A stretch of DNA of 64,000 nt, from NCBI RefSeq assembly GCF_001194135.2, contig NC_068985.1, forward strand, positions 116,815,448 to 116,879,447. The letters are read 5' to 3'. A program made the translations under genes and the position numbers. The notes under the pieces were generated by a model. That model worked only from the letters and a program-made list of their open reading frames with translations, was not told the DNA's origin and searched no databases. The DNA comes from Octopus bimaculoides. Its lineage: Eukaryota. This document shows, in pieces, positions 26,186 through 39,337 of the stretch; the first letter of the stretch is position 1, and each line of letters starts with the position of its first letter.

Positions 26186-27098
26186 CAGGTTGTTCGCGAT
26201 AAATTTGACAGTTTACATAAAAGGAAAAGAAAACGCAAGATCCAATTCAAAAATGAAAGTATTTAAAAAAGAAATCAATTAGATCGTGGATGGGAGATAA
26301 CAGTTTACTCAAAGTAGCACAAATCAGGTTCCACTACGGCAGCAAAACGGCTCCGGAACCTGGCTTACCCATCCCACACTGTGTTCTGGGAACAACTTAG
26401 AACACCTTCATCTTCGCCACCAGCTCGGCCTTGGTGTTGCATCAACTGCACCCCACATAGTGATCCAATGAATTACAACCGGGGAAATATGGAAGCCTAA
26501 ATGTTGGACTAAGTGAAGTTGTAGAACATATGTCTCTTTCAGGAGGCATGCCAACGAACCGAATTCTGCTGCCGCAGACATATGGTTTACACAGCATTCG
26601 TCTCCAGCCAAGATTTGATCACAGGCACCAGCAGCTTCACATAGCCGTCTGAATTGACCCTAAGGCCTTGCTTAAAATTGTGTGCCGGCATGACGTCATT
26701 CTCACTGGCTACACACTCAAAGACGATTATAGTTTCGAGGAACTTAGTTTTATGATGTCCATATCACGTCTTACAGAATTTACAGTGTTAACAGAGCATT
26801 GAGTTGTAGTCCTGATGTCAGCATTTTGTCGGGTGCGAATCACCATCATCATATAGGTAATTCTTTTCCAAAATTCAGATCACTTCCCGTCCTCCATATC
26901 AGCTAACTTTTTTCTTAATGACAATTGTAATTTTTAAACTCTCCAACGCCGTTCGCAGAAAAAAAAGGGAACTAAAAAAGAAGGGACTATAAAAATCAAG
27001 CAGAAACAAAAGAACCATAAAGATCAACCAGAAAGAAAAAGAACAATAAGAATCAAGCTGAAAAAGAAAAGGGAACTAAATTTAATCCGAATACTCTA
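26186..27098 (-). mobile_element. Internally deleted DD37D (maT)-type Tc1/mariner relic
   Basis: The minus strand gives TKFLETIIVFECVASENDVMPAHNFKQGLRVNSDGYVKLL...CNTKAELVAKMK...RFRSRFAAVVE. Degenerate TIRs TA|CAGGTTGTTCGCGATAAATTT and AAATTTAATCCGAATACTCTA|TA. Confidence 0.8.
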
Positions 27099-28189
27099 TA
27101 AATGACAATGGTACGTTTTCTGTAGCAAGAGTCACACATCTGCGATAACGGAGGGTGATTTGTGGAAATGGCACCCTATCTATGACAATTGAGTACTTTT
27201 ATGGACAAAATCCATGGGCAGGGCTTATAACACAAAACTCAGTACTGTTACTAGTAAAAAACAGGTTGACCAATCTCTGAAAGAAATACATGTATCACAA
27301 AATTAATGAACAAAACAAATCAAGATTTAAAATAAAATATACATAAATGCAAAATTAAATACACAACAAACAAAGGGCACCAATGGGGATATTGCATTTT
27401 TTATTATTGTTGTTGTTGATGTTACTCAAGTCGATAGAATTTTGCTGTTATAGAATGCACGTGTCGATATATTTGTATTTTGATTGCTTTGTTTTCTTGC
27501 CGTTGGTGTGTTTGTTGTTGTATTGATTATGTTCGCGTTTCACTCTATCTAATGATCTTCCGTTTCTAATGTTGCTATCTTTATTATAATGTTGCTATTC
27601 TTCTTAATATTTTACTTATAACGGTAAACGTTGTTATAGTTGTTGTTGTTGGTGCTGCTGTGTTTAAGCATTTGAATTTACGAAGGGGCTTCCATTTAGT
27701 TATTATTGTTGTTTTATTATCATTATTGATGCAGTAATTGCTGTTCTTGTTGCTGCTGTTACAGTTTCACTCTATTAAGTATCCATTTATTTGCTTTTCG
27801 TTATCGCTCTTCATGTTTGATTTGTCGAGGATATCATGGCGCTTTTTGTAGCACTTTTTGTTATTTATGCATAAATCTACGAAGTTGTCGTTCCTGGTGT
27901 TATTACAAGAAGTTTTGTTGTTTGCTGTTTTGTTTACTGATATTGTGATTGGTGTTGTTATTGTTGTTCATGTTCTTGTCACAGTAATTGTTATATATGT
28001 TTCCACGGTTGTTGATAATCATTGATGCATCTTGTTATACACTCTGTCAAGTGGACAGAATTTATGTTTGTGTGGTTTTTTTTTTCCCTGTGTTTGAAGT
28101 GGACAAAATTTACTTATAATCTTGTATGAATGTCGTTGTTATTGTTGCTACTGCGTGGTGATGTTGGTGATTTTACAGTAGTTGTAGTC

Positions 28190-28224
28190 ACCGTCGTCGT
28201 CGTTGTTGTTGTTGTTGTTGTTGT

Positions 28225-28294
<70 letters not shown>

Positions 28295-28364
28295 GATTTT
28301 GGTGGAGGTGGTGGTGATGATGATGATGGTGATGATGATGATGATGATGGTGATGATAATAATG
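28190..28364. repeat. (GTT)n/(GAT)n microsatellite within low-complexity DNA
   Basis: Seen directly. It runs into an assembly gap. Confidence 0.97.
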
Positions 28365-29054
28365 NNNNNNNNNNNNNNNNNNNNNNNNNNNNNNNNNNNN
28401 NNNNNNNNNNNNNNNNNNNNNNNNNNNNNNNNNNNNNNNNNNNNNNNNNNNNNNNNNNNNNNNNNNNNNNNNNNNNNNNNNNNNNNNNNNNNNNNNNNNN
28501 NNNNNNNNNNNNNNNNNNNNNNNNNNNNNNNNNNNNNNNNNNNNNNNNNNNNNNNNNNNNNNNNNNNNNNNNNNNNNNNNNNNNNNNNNNNNNNNNNNNN
28601 NNNNNNNNNNNNNNNNNNNNNNNNNNNNNNNNNNNNNNNNNNNNNNNNNNNNNNNNNNNNNNNNNNNNNNNNNNNNNNNNNNNNNNNNNNNNNNNNNNNN
28701 NNNNNNNNNNNNNNNNNNNNNNNNNNNNNNNNNNNNNNNNNNNNNNNNNNNNNNNNNNNNNNNNNNNNNNNNNNNNNNNNNNNNNNNNNNNNNNNNNNNN
28801 NNNNNNNNNNNNNNNNNNNNNNNNNNNNNNNNNNNNNNNNNNNNNNNNNNNNNNNNNNNNNNNNNNNNNNNNNNNNNNNNNNNNNNNNNNNNNNNNNNNN
28901 NNNNNNNNNNNNNNNNNNNNNNNNNNNNNNNNNNNNNNNNNNNNNNNNNNNNNNNNNNNNNNNNNNNNNNNNNNNNNNNNNNNNNNNNNNNNNNNNNNNN
29001 NNNNNNNNNNNNNNNNNNNNNNNNNNNNNNNNNNNNNNNNNNNNNNNNNNNNNN

Positions 29055-29095
<41 letters not shown>

Positions 29096-29522
29096 ATGTA
29101 TATGTATATATACGTTATGCGTGAAGTCGGTTTGGCTGAGTAATATTAATTTTTTGTCGGTGCATATGAACACACACGAATATTGATATAATTATGTACA
29201 ATCATATATAGATGTATATGCACACATATACACATACACGAATATATTGGCAGAGAGCAAGGCAGGCAAACAGATTAATAGACAGAAAAGGTATACCTAA
29301 CTAGACAGGCTGACGAAGAGGCAAACCTGGTTAGTAAGATAGATCGATGAACGTAAATTGACGTACATTATGGATTTTGTGATTGTCTATGTATATAATT
29401 TTGTGAATATATGCGTGCGTGTGTGCATGTGTGCGCATCTGATTGTGTGTATACACATAAGTATATATTTAAACGTACATACATACACACACAGATATAT
29501 AATGATATGTATGTACATATAA

Positions 29523-29558
<36 letters not shown>

Positions 29559-30240
29559 CTATATGCACATATAATTATACATGAATATGCATATATATAT
29601 ATGCATACATATATGTAACGTACGTCTTTATTGAGTAAACTTATGTATGTGTATGTGTGTGCGTTTGTGTGTTAGCGTATGTAAGTGTGCGTGTGTGTGT
29701 GTGTGTGAGTGAGTAAACGTATGCATATATAAGACAGTTGAGAAAAATAGACACACGTGAAAGAAGATAAAAACACACAAACAATACTCACCTATACGTC
29801 TTCAATCTGTGTATTGTTCTTCATGTTCTTCTTGTTAACGATAGTGAGTGGTTGGTGATATTGTCTATATAGATGTCGCCCTTACAGTTGTTACTTCTAC
29901 AGACGTTTCGGTTGTTATTCATAACGTTGTTTTAGTTCGAAATGTTGATGAGCAAATGCGTCAAAATGTATGCGTGTGTGTGTGTATGTGTATGTGTGTG
30001 TTTGTGTAGGTGTGTGTGTGTGTGTGTGTGTGTGTTTGTTTGTGGCTACAATTATGTGGCTTATGACCTGAATCTCTCCCTTCAATACATAACACATGTA
30101 CCATTATTTCATCAAGGGGTTTGTTAATGCTGAATTCTTAATCGTTGACAATTACAGTAATGCCTCGATTATCACGAGTGTTACTTTCCAAAACGCTCCG
30201 CGATAGGTGACAGTCCACGAAGTAGAAACAGTACTTTATT

Positions 30241-30935
30241 GGGATCTTGTTCAAAACAGGGGCACCAGTATTTTCTTAACGAAACACTTTGAAACTTGGG
30301 ACACTGGTACAATGTATCATATAAAACATCTTTTTCTCTTAGTCTTCTTAACAAAAAAAACGTACATCGCAAGTTATTTCATGTTAAAGTTGTCGTATTT
30401 CTGTAATTTCAACCAATGACTGACGTCCATTCAGCCGATATACATTAAGTGCTGACTACGTAAACAAACGATTGTCAAACGATTTTGGCGGTGATAAAAT
30501 TATTATTTCCTTGTCAAAAAATGGCTGAAGCATATTGGCAGTAGCTAATAAACCTTTCTATTATAGACACAAGGCATGGTTTTTGAGGGAAGGAGCAAGT
30601 CAATTAGGGTTAGGGTTAGGGTTAGGGTTAGGGTTATGGAAAACGAACACATCTGTGTTGCCTCTGCAAAATGTCAGAAGTAATGGAGATTAAATACGCT
30701 TTACACCGCTTAAAATGCCAAAGGAGTAAGTGTCAACAGCTGAATACTTGTCAGTGATTGGTTGAAATTATCGAAATAAGAAAATTTTTTACATGAAATA
30801 AATTCGAATACAAATTTTTTTTTCTGTTCTATAACACAAAATAGATAAGTTTCCGAAGTTTGAAAGTCTTTCGGTACCAAAAACATTACATAAAACATAA
30901 ATGAAAACTGGTGCCCACGTTTTGAACAAGATCCC
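30241..30935. mobile_element. Foldback-type element with inverted arms of about 260 bp and an apparent 6-bp TTTATT duplication
   Basis: GGGATCTTGTTCAAAACAGGGGCACCAGT (30241) pairs with ACTGGTGCCCACGTTTTGAACAAGATCCC (ending 30935). The inner arms TTATTTCATG..AATTTCAACCAATGACTGAC and GTCAGTGATTGGTTGAAATT..CATGAAATAA also pair. TTTATT lies directly outside both ends. Confidence 0.85.
30604..30636 (+). repeat. Interstitial telomeric repeat (TTAGGG)5
   Basis: Five perfect units plus TTA. Confidence 0.97.
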
Positions 30936-31139
30936 TTTATTGTATGTCTTCTGTTATTATTGTTATAATTTGTATTTATATATTTTACTATAAATACAAA
31001 ACAAAACCACGTACGAATCGACCTAATCTTAAATGAACCATGATAGGTGAACTGCGATGGTTGAGCCGCGATGTGAAGAGGGATCACTATAGTTCATTAT
31101 GTTTACAGTGGGTCTATAAGTATATAATCATGTTTTGTT

Positions 31140-31311
31140 CGTTTTACCTGCTTCAGTCATTTTAATCCAGCCATGCTGGAGCACCGCCTTAAAGGTTTTT
31201 TCTTTGTAAGCCTAGTACTTATTCTACCGGTCGCTTTTGCTGAACCGCTATGTTACGAGGTCATAAAAACACCAGCATCGGTTTGGTGGGGTGAGAAACA
31301 TAGACACAAAG

Positions 31312-31359
<48 letters not shown>

Positions 31360-31363
31360 ATAT
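31140..31363 (-). mobile_element. SINE-B 3' half plus internal (CA)/(TA) microsatellite running into a gap
   Basis: CAGCCATGCTGGAGCACCGCC..CCTAGTACTTATTCTA..GAACCGCTATGTTACG, then microsatellite. Confidence 0.8.
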
Positions 31364-32371
31364 NNNNNNNNNNNNNNNNNNNNNNNNNNNNNNNNNNNNN
31401 NNNNNNNNNNNNNNNNNNNNNNNNNNNNNNNNNNNNNNNNNNNNNNNNNNNNNNNNNNNNNNNNNNNNNNNNNNNNNNNNNNNNNNNNNNNNNNNNNNNN
31501 NNNNNNNNNNNNNNNNNNNNNNNNNNNNNNNNNNNNNNNNNNNNNNNNNNNNNNNNNNNNNNNNNNNNNNNNNNNNNNNNNNNNNNNNNNNNNNNNNNNN
31601 NNNNNNNNNNNNNNNNNNNNNNNNNNNNNNNNNNNNNNNNNNNNNNNNNNNNNNNNNNNNNNNNNNNNNNNNNNNNNNNNNNNNNNNNNNNNNNNNNNNN
31701 NNNNNNNNNNNNNNNNNNNNNNNNNNNNNNNNNNNNNNNNNNNNNNNNNNNNNNNNNNNNNNNNNNNNNNNNNNNNNNNNNNNNNNNNNNNNNNNNNNNN
31801 NNNNNNNNNNNNNNNNNNNNNNNNNNNNNNNNNNNNNNNNNNNNNNNNNNNNNNNNNNNNNNNNNNNNNNNNNNNNNNNNNNNNNNNNNNNNNNNNNNNN
31901 NNNNNNNNNNNNNNNNNNNNNNNNNNNNNNNNNNNNNNNNNNNNNNNNNNNNNNNNNNNNNNNNNNNNNNNNNNNNNNNNNNNNNNNNNNNNNNNNNNNN
32001 NNNNNNNNNNNNNNNNNNNGCCCCCCCCCCACCCAATTGGCACACGGCAGCCTTATGACATGCATCGACTTTTGTATTCAAATGGTGTTTTAACCCAATG
32101 TTTACATACTATTATTGATAGTTTCTCAACTTCGAATTCAACTGTTAAAAACCAATGATTTCGATAAATTCACAAATGAGTGCATTTAATTTCTGATGCG
32201 ATTTGTTGAATAAATAAGCCTGAACCAACACATTTACTGTAACAGTTAAAAAACAACGAAAATGACATTGTCAGTACCTGTGCCTTTGTCAACATTTACA
32301 TAGATAATGGTTTCACAAGACACAAAATAATCACCTTTAGAACACAATTTATATTATATATATACATATAT

Positions 32372-32609
32372 GTTTATTATTTCTTTACTACCCACAAGGG
32401 GCTACACACAGAGAGGACAAACAAGGGCAGACAAACGGATTAAGTCGATTACATCGACACTAGTGCGTAACTGGTACTTATTTTAATCGACCCCGAAAGG
32501 ATGAAAGGCAAAGTCGACCTCGGCGGAATTTGAACTCAGAACGTAGCGGCAGACGAAATACCGCTAAGCATTTCACCCGGCGTACTAACGTTTCTGCCAG
32601 CTCGCCGCC
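32372..32609 (-). mobile_element. SINE-A, full length (CCCTTGTGGG-type tail)
   Basis: The minus strand begins GGCGGCGAGCTGGCAGAAACGTTAG, with B-box GAGTTCAAATTCC and core CCTTTCATCCTTTCGGGGTCGAT. Highly similar to the copies at 56616 and 61781. Confidence 0.95.
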
Positions 32610-32617
32610 TTATATAC

Positions 32618-32676
<59 letters not shown>

Positions 32677-33515
32677 CATATACATATGCATGTATGGATA
32701 TGTATACACACACAGCAGGGATACAATGAACGAGATAGAAATGCTGTTGTTCACGGAATGTCCGGTCTTCAAATAAGCCCGTCTTACATCAACTTTAATG
32801 TTAATAAGTAGAATTGTCTAACATCTGGTGATAACAGTCCCGTTTTTCCTGCATTTACGCTGCACATTTATCAGTCATGATAGCGCAACTATCTGTAATT
32901 ATGAACCTCACTTACGTTGCACGATATTCAACTGTTTCCTCTAGCTACGTAGTTGGCAACTCACATTTCATCATTTTAGGCTTTGATTTTCTTACCTCTA
33001 CTGTTCTTATACAATCTGCATATGCGAACATCACGCAATAACGTTGACGGTAGAGAAATCACACACATCCGACCATGATACGACAGTTCGATGGCAGCTC
33101 TATTTGAACAACAGACCTGATGTAGTGAATAATAAAGCAGGTGATAACTTCCATTCACTTCAACCAACGTTACTTCGTTACAATTTCAACTTCGAGTATA
33201 ACTGTTTATGAAGTAAGTCTTTGACGAATTACATTCCAAGGAATATCCAGCAGAATGAATATCCAAAGCAGTAACTCAGTTATCCCATTTCCCATAAAAC
33301 TTTATTCTCTCATATTTTCACTGTAGCGAAATTATGAGATGTAGGTATGGATGCCATTGAATATAAAACTGTATACATACCCATTTGTAAATCTTTACTG
33401 TTATTAATGTTGACATCTTAAAACGTTTTATGTATTGTACGGTAATTCAAATCTGCACTTTGAAAACTACTGTTAAATATTTACCTATCGTTCTGTCTGT
33501 CTGCACGTTTGTATG

Positions 33516-33562
<47 letters not shown>

Positions 33563-33638
33563 GTATATATATATATTTCGTTTTTGTATTTGGTTTACAA
33601 GATTCTTCATNNNNNNNNNNNNNNNNNNNNNNNNNNNN

Positions 33639-33687
<49 letters not shown>

Positions 33688-34843
33688 TCATATATGTATG
33701 TATGTGTGTGTGTGCATGTGCATTTACGTTATATATATGTATATGTATACATGCATGCTTCTATGAATCAGTATATAAAGAGTTATAACTTTGTGTGTGT
33801 GTGTGTGTGATTGTGCACGTTGCCATGTCTGGTCACATGTGTCTTAGTAAAGGTGTTAGCCTCAATATGCGCAGATGATAGAGAAACCTTCCATGAAAGC
33901 TCAGCTGTAATTGTAGACACTCTACTCTATATTACCGGAAATAGATAAAGAGACCCAAATAATGTGGTATAATAATGTTCTTCCCCGAATTTCAATAATT
34001 CATAGCCCAAGGGACCCTAAAGGACATATCAGGATCTATGAACTTTACTTGATTTTACCTTATCTGGACCAGTAGTTCATCTCGATTCTGCAGATATCTA
34101 TCAGAGAAAATTGTAACAAGAATTGTATAGGGCCACAAATGAAGATTAATATGTTAGCTGAAATGGAGTCGATAATTGCTTCCGGTTTAAATGACATTTA
34201 CATTGGCAATTCTATAATAAATTAAAGTAAAACGTTCATTATGCAAATCGGATTGCCACAGTTTATGGTCTCTGCTGTCTGATACAAATGTAGGCAACAA
34301 AATGCAATAAATTAGTATAATGTCCGAAAGTTATTTGTTACTTGGCTTGCTTAAATTCAAAGAAAGATGCTATTATCGCAGGAAAATAATGCCTTGGACA
34401 TAATTTGTTTGTTTTAGTTAAGACATTATATATTATGAGTTCAAACCACGCCGGTATCAAATATGTCCTTACCATTCTGGGCTGATAAAATTCGTAAACA
34501 GAATTTATGAAATCTGTTACACTGAATATAAAAATCTATAATATAGTGAAAATACCATTATATTCAACTGCACTGAGGTTAAAACTAACAATCCGGCATT
34601 TCACTTCTTGACCGGCAAATGGAAAATGGCAACTAATGAAGCATCTTTCAGTTTCTCCATTCTAAGAAAGCGCCAAAGACTATACACTCCTCACTATAAC
34701 CAAGCGGTGATATTTCACGAACTATAATCTACATTGACTAAATTACACAACTCCACTTACGCATGTTTGTAGCTGGATGGTAACATTATAAATCATTAAA
34801 ATTTGCAGATATTTGGTAGTGTATGTGTGTGGGTGTGGGTATA

Positions 34844-34958
<115 letters not shown>

Positions 34959-35057
34959 GTATTCTATTTTTAATCACTTAAATTCTTGCACTGAAGGAGC
35001 TGGTTTCTAGTAGAGATACAAAGCTCCATCTTTCGAATGTAGATTACGAAAACAATA

Positions 35058-35875
35058 TCATATTTTAAACCTGAGAAAAGTTTTGCCTACTGTTACTGTT
35101 TCCCTTGCTGATTGTATTTGTAAGATGCGAATCAGTCGGTTGATTTTTTTCTGAAAATCTAAGCTTATACTTACGGACAATTACGCACTTAGTTACAAAA
35201 CCAAATTATTCTTTTCTTATTGATATGAATGTGAATTTGTAATCGAGATGTGTAAGCTTGAGGTTTCGAAGCAGTTGTCCATAGTTATCTTCCTTGTCTT
35301 TGATTTTCAAAGAGATATTCACATCAGCAGGAGAGCTGACTTCTATGACAGTACGTACCCTTTCCAAACCCAAACAGCAATATCCGGGCTGTTATGCTCC
35401 AAAATGATCTTGTTTTCATAAAAGTTTTGATAGGGATGTTCCACCATCATTCCTCGTGCTGATATTTGTGTACGTATTAAATAACAGGGGAATTCTATAT
35501 ATTTATTCCAAGCCAGTCTTTCTTTCGAATGGCGTAGTATATTGTTTTTGCGACAAACTCATGTCACACAGGGAAATAGTAACTTGATGATGTTTTGGGG
35601 CAGCTGCTAATCACGTGCGTGATGACTTCCACAAAAATATGACAATCTCTCTTTTGCTGATTAGGTGTTTCGTAGTAATCTCCTGTTCTTGGATTGCAAA
35701 TACATAGCCTTCGCAGTGTGATGTCATGTAGCGATCACGAGACCAAGAGAGGCATCGCTTCATGTCAATGTTAGTATCTTCTTCAATTCTTCTTTGAGGT
35801 AAGTCGGACTGATTTGGGGTAGTATGGGAGGTCATCAGGAAGAGAATAATTACTTCCTAGCTCACATCCGATTCC
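35058..35875 (-). mobile_element. R4/Dong-like non-LTR retroelement 3' part (zinc-knuckle region plus restriction-like endonuclease), pseudogene
   Basis: The minus strand gives SHCEGYVFAIQEQEITTKHL, EVITHVISSCP..YYFPV*HEFVAK (the RHD-position motif), WNIPIKT, HNSPDIAVW and VIEVSSPADVNISLKIKDKEDNYGQLLRNL (PD-(D/E)xK-type endonuclease). The ORF ends at 35058. Confidence 0.85.
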
Positions 35876-35974
35876 TTGGATATTGTTATATATGTATGTA
35901 TGTACAATAAATATGTATGTATGCATGTATGTATTTATATACACGCACACATATATATGTAGATAGATAGATAC

Positions 35975-36417
35975 ATTTATTTTATTAGCCACACAGGGCT
36001 CAACGAAGATGGGACAAATACAATGTAGAGCTTTTCTTTTTGGGTGGGGGAAGGAAGAAAAAAAAGGGTGGTGTCGATCAAAAGGGATCGTAGGAAGGGA
36101 AAAAGGGGGAGTTCAATCAAAAGGGATCGGAAAAAAAAGAAAGAAAGGCCGATCAATAGGGATCGTGTATCACACAGTAATGTTCTCGTGTAAAAAGAGG
36201 GGAGGACAGTTTAGGTTTAGCCGTGGAAAGAAAAGCCTACGGAAAAGACCACGGTAACCTTGGTCAATATTCTCATTGAAGAAACTATAACAGTAAGTGA
36301 CTCTCTTTTGCCTTTTTGTATTATTTTTTTTTCTTGGATTTTTTTCTAGTTCAAAGGGTTATGCTCAAGATGGCTCCGTCGTTCACACGTGCCATCCTTG
36401 CTATATTCACCCATCTT

Positions 36418-36418
<1 letters not shown>
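35975..36418 (-). mobile_element. 5'-truncated Tx1/L1-like LINE 3' end lying between GATA repeats
   Basis: 36416 to 36351 reads RWVNIARMARVNDGAILSITL*, resembling a Tx1-type ORF2 C-terminus. A ~375-bp 3' UTR follows, ending CCCTGTGTGGCTAATAAAATAAA. (GATA)n lies at 35961-35973 and 36419-36478. Confidence 0.65.
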
Positions 36419-36478
<60 letters not shown>

Positions 36479-37360
36479 TGACATGGGTGTTATGCGATCA
36501 ATATTCAGTTTCATTTCTTACAGGATTGTATACGCTGTTGAAACTTAACCCAGGTCAGGCCAGCACTAGTAAATCACCAGTAACAGACATCCCAGATACG
36601 AACACCCGGTGTATTTCTGATGGAGAAATAACTCAGGATTACATCACTCAATATGACATTCTGTAAAACATCTCAGAGACATTCTACACTTCAGAGAGTT
36701 ATAGCTGTAAATTTCTTGTCGCTCATGCCACCATGTAGCGAATATTTTGTTGGATATAGTTTGCTGAATGAGGTTTATTTGAAACAAAAAAAAAAGAAAG
36801 TCTTAAGAAGGTTGAAAATTGTAGAAGGTTGCTATTATAGGAGGAAGTATTGTAATAGTAAAGTATAATTCAAATTTACGTTCTCGTTCGTTAACTGTTT
36901 TATTTCCGTTTGTAAATGAGTAAAAGTGTGCAACATTCTCTGCGAATGTGTCTCATGATGAGATGTACATGGGACGTGTATGTTAACGAGAGCTAAAATA
37001 TATACATGTCAAGACTGTGTGTGTATGTGTGTCTCTATTTCCATGAGTTTTATGTTTATTTTGTGAGGATGGGAACGAGTACGTCCGCGTGTGTATGAGC
37101 GTCTGTATCTCACTGTATATATACACAAAACTGTGAATTTGTATATATATGTACACATGAGTATATGTTTCCGACGTATATGTCTGTATGGCTTTATAAG
37201 TGATTAATGTATACCACCGTTATATATGTGTGTGTGTAGATGTATGCCTCTATGTAAATGCACATGTGAATGAATGTGTGTGTGGATATATACACAAGTG
37301 AATGTGTGACTATATATATAGACATATATATATGTCTATATATATATATATATATATATA

Positions 37361-37392
<32 letters not shown>

Positions 37393-37456
37393 CGTATATG
37401 CACATACATGTATATATAGATACACACACACACACACGCACACACACACACACACG

Positions 37457-37490
<34 letters not shown>

Positions 37491-38214
37491 CATATATGCG
37501 TGTGTGTTGGAGTGTAATTGTGAATATGTGTGTATTTGTGTATCTTGCTATTTGTTCTGTATACAGTAATACTTGAACAACAATTGGGCACTTGGAATTG
37601 TCTCAAGAATGCTGATAACATTCTAGAAGGAGGTTAATTATCTTCACAGATAAAACTGATTGCAAAGCTCACACAATTTGGTCCTGAAAATTGGTTCGCC
37701 GAGAGAACTTCATTGATCTGAATGCTTTTTATTTCACAAATAAATAATGGTTTGGGGTGGGAACTTCTCTTCGTCGTTTGAATATTTTAGTTGTTTTTTT
37801 TTGTTTTTTTTTGTATTCTATGTATTCATAGATGTTTACGTATTTTTAATATATTTTTTATATACTTTTCATTTCTTTTATTCTTTTTTTGTTTCAATTG
37901 AATGTGTTCGGTGTTGAAAGTGTTGGCTGATATATTCATTAAAAATGTTGATGGGATAGACACGTTAAGGCCTGATGTTGATTAGATAGACGTGCGCCTG
38001 TTTTGGTGACAAAACACACATACACAAGTGAGCGTGCCTCCACGTGCATGCGTACACACGTATACATACACGCATTTGAAGTCAGTCACACACACACATA
38101 CAAGCATACACACAAGGTTTCTAGGTTTTGACTGAATTGGTAGCTACTCTGTAAATGTGGGATACACACATATGTATATATATTTATATACATAGATGCA
38201 TACGTACACACATA

Positions 38215-38314
<100 letters not shown>

Positions 38315-38549
38315 GAGCGAGAGAGAGAGAGAGCGAGAGAGAGAGAGAGATAGAGACAGACAGACAGACAGATAGATTGAGATAGAGATAGAGATAGAAA
38401 CATACATACATATATACATCTATATATATATGCGTATATGCATATACATACGTATGTATATATATATATACATATGTATATATATATATATATATATATT
38501 TATATACACACATATATAAATATAAATATGTATATATTTATATGTATAA

Positions 38550-38600
<51 letters not shown>

Positions 38601-39272
38601 GGTTAATCCCAAGTGTTTCCACAGTCCGAAACGTTCCATATATTAAATGTGCACATTTAAATTTATTTGCGATGTATTCCCAAACACGTTCTTATGGTAC
38701 ATTATCTTTTGTCATTTTGATGTCGTTGTGCAATAGCATTATTTCCTTATATGTAACACCAATCTGCGAAATGGATAAGAATTTTGTTCAACTTATCTAT
38801 TCTTCACATTGGCAATTTTTAAGATGTCTTTAATCATTCAGTATAGGAATCGTGGTACAACTATGAAATTCTACCAATCCATCTCCCTGTAGATTTACGT
38901 AAATATCCTGGATTACACTAGCTATTCTTGCTTGCAAAACATCCATCCGATGAAATACAGTTTAATAATTACTAACCTTTACCTTTCCATATAAATTACG
39001 TTGATATGATCATAATTTCTTAAAACATGAATCATTAAACCATTGTTGTAAATCTTTTCATTGACGTCAAGAAATATTCCAGGCTTGTACATATCACTTT
39101 TACATTCAATTAGTCATTATTTCGTAGGCGTATCTGGTCATCCATATCTTTTATATCAACTATAGTTGCATATTCGCACCTATGTAAATTCGAGTAATGC
39201 GTAGCTGAGTTCAATTGTTTTGAAAAACTAAAAGATCCAAATACATGTTTTGAATAATAATTTCTGTATTAA

Positions 39273-39337
<65 letters not shown>

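Larger units (their letters stand above)
30155..31089. mobile_element. pogo/Tigger-like MITE (about 230 bp after removing the nested insert)
   Basis: TA|CAGTAATGCCTCGATTATCACG at the left and CGCGATGTGAAGAGGGATCACTA|TA at the right (degenerate TIRs). The subterminal motif GATAGGTGA occurs at both ends. Confidence 0.6.

Noticed and set aside
32540-32609. tRNA-like sequences (also 9450-9516, 41690-41752, 56780-56846, 61970-62037, 22745-22790)
   Set aside because: They are SINE heads with A/B boxes continuing into SINE bodies, and no complete cloverleaf is evident.
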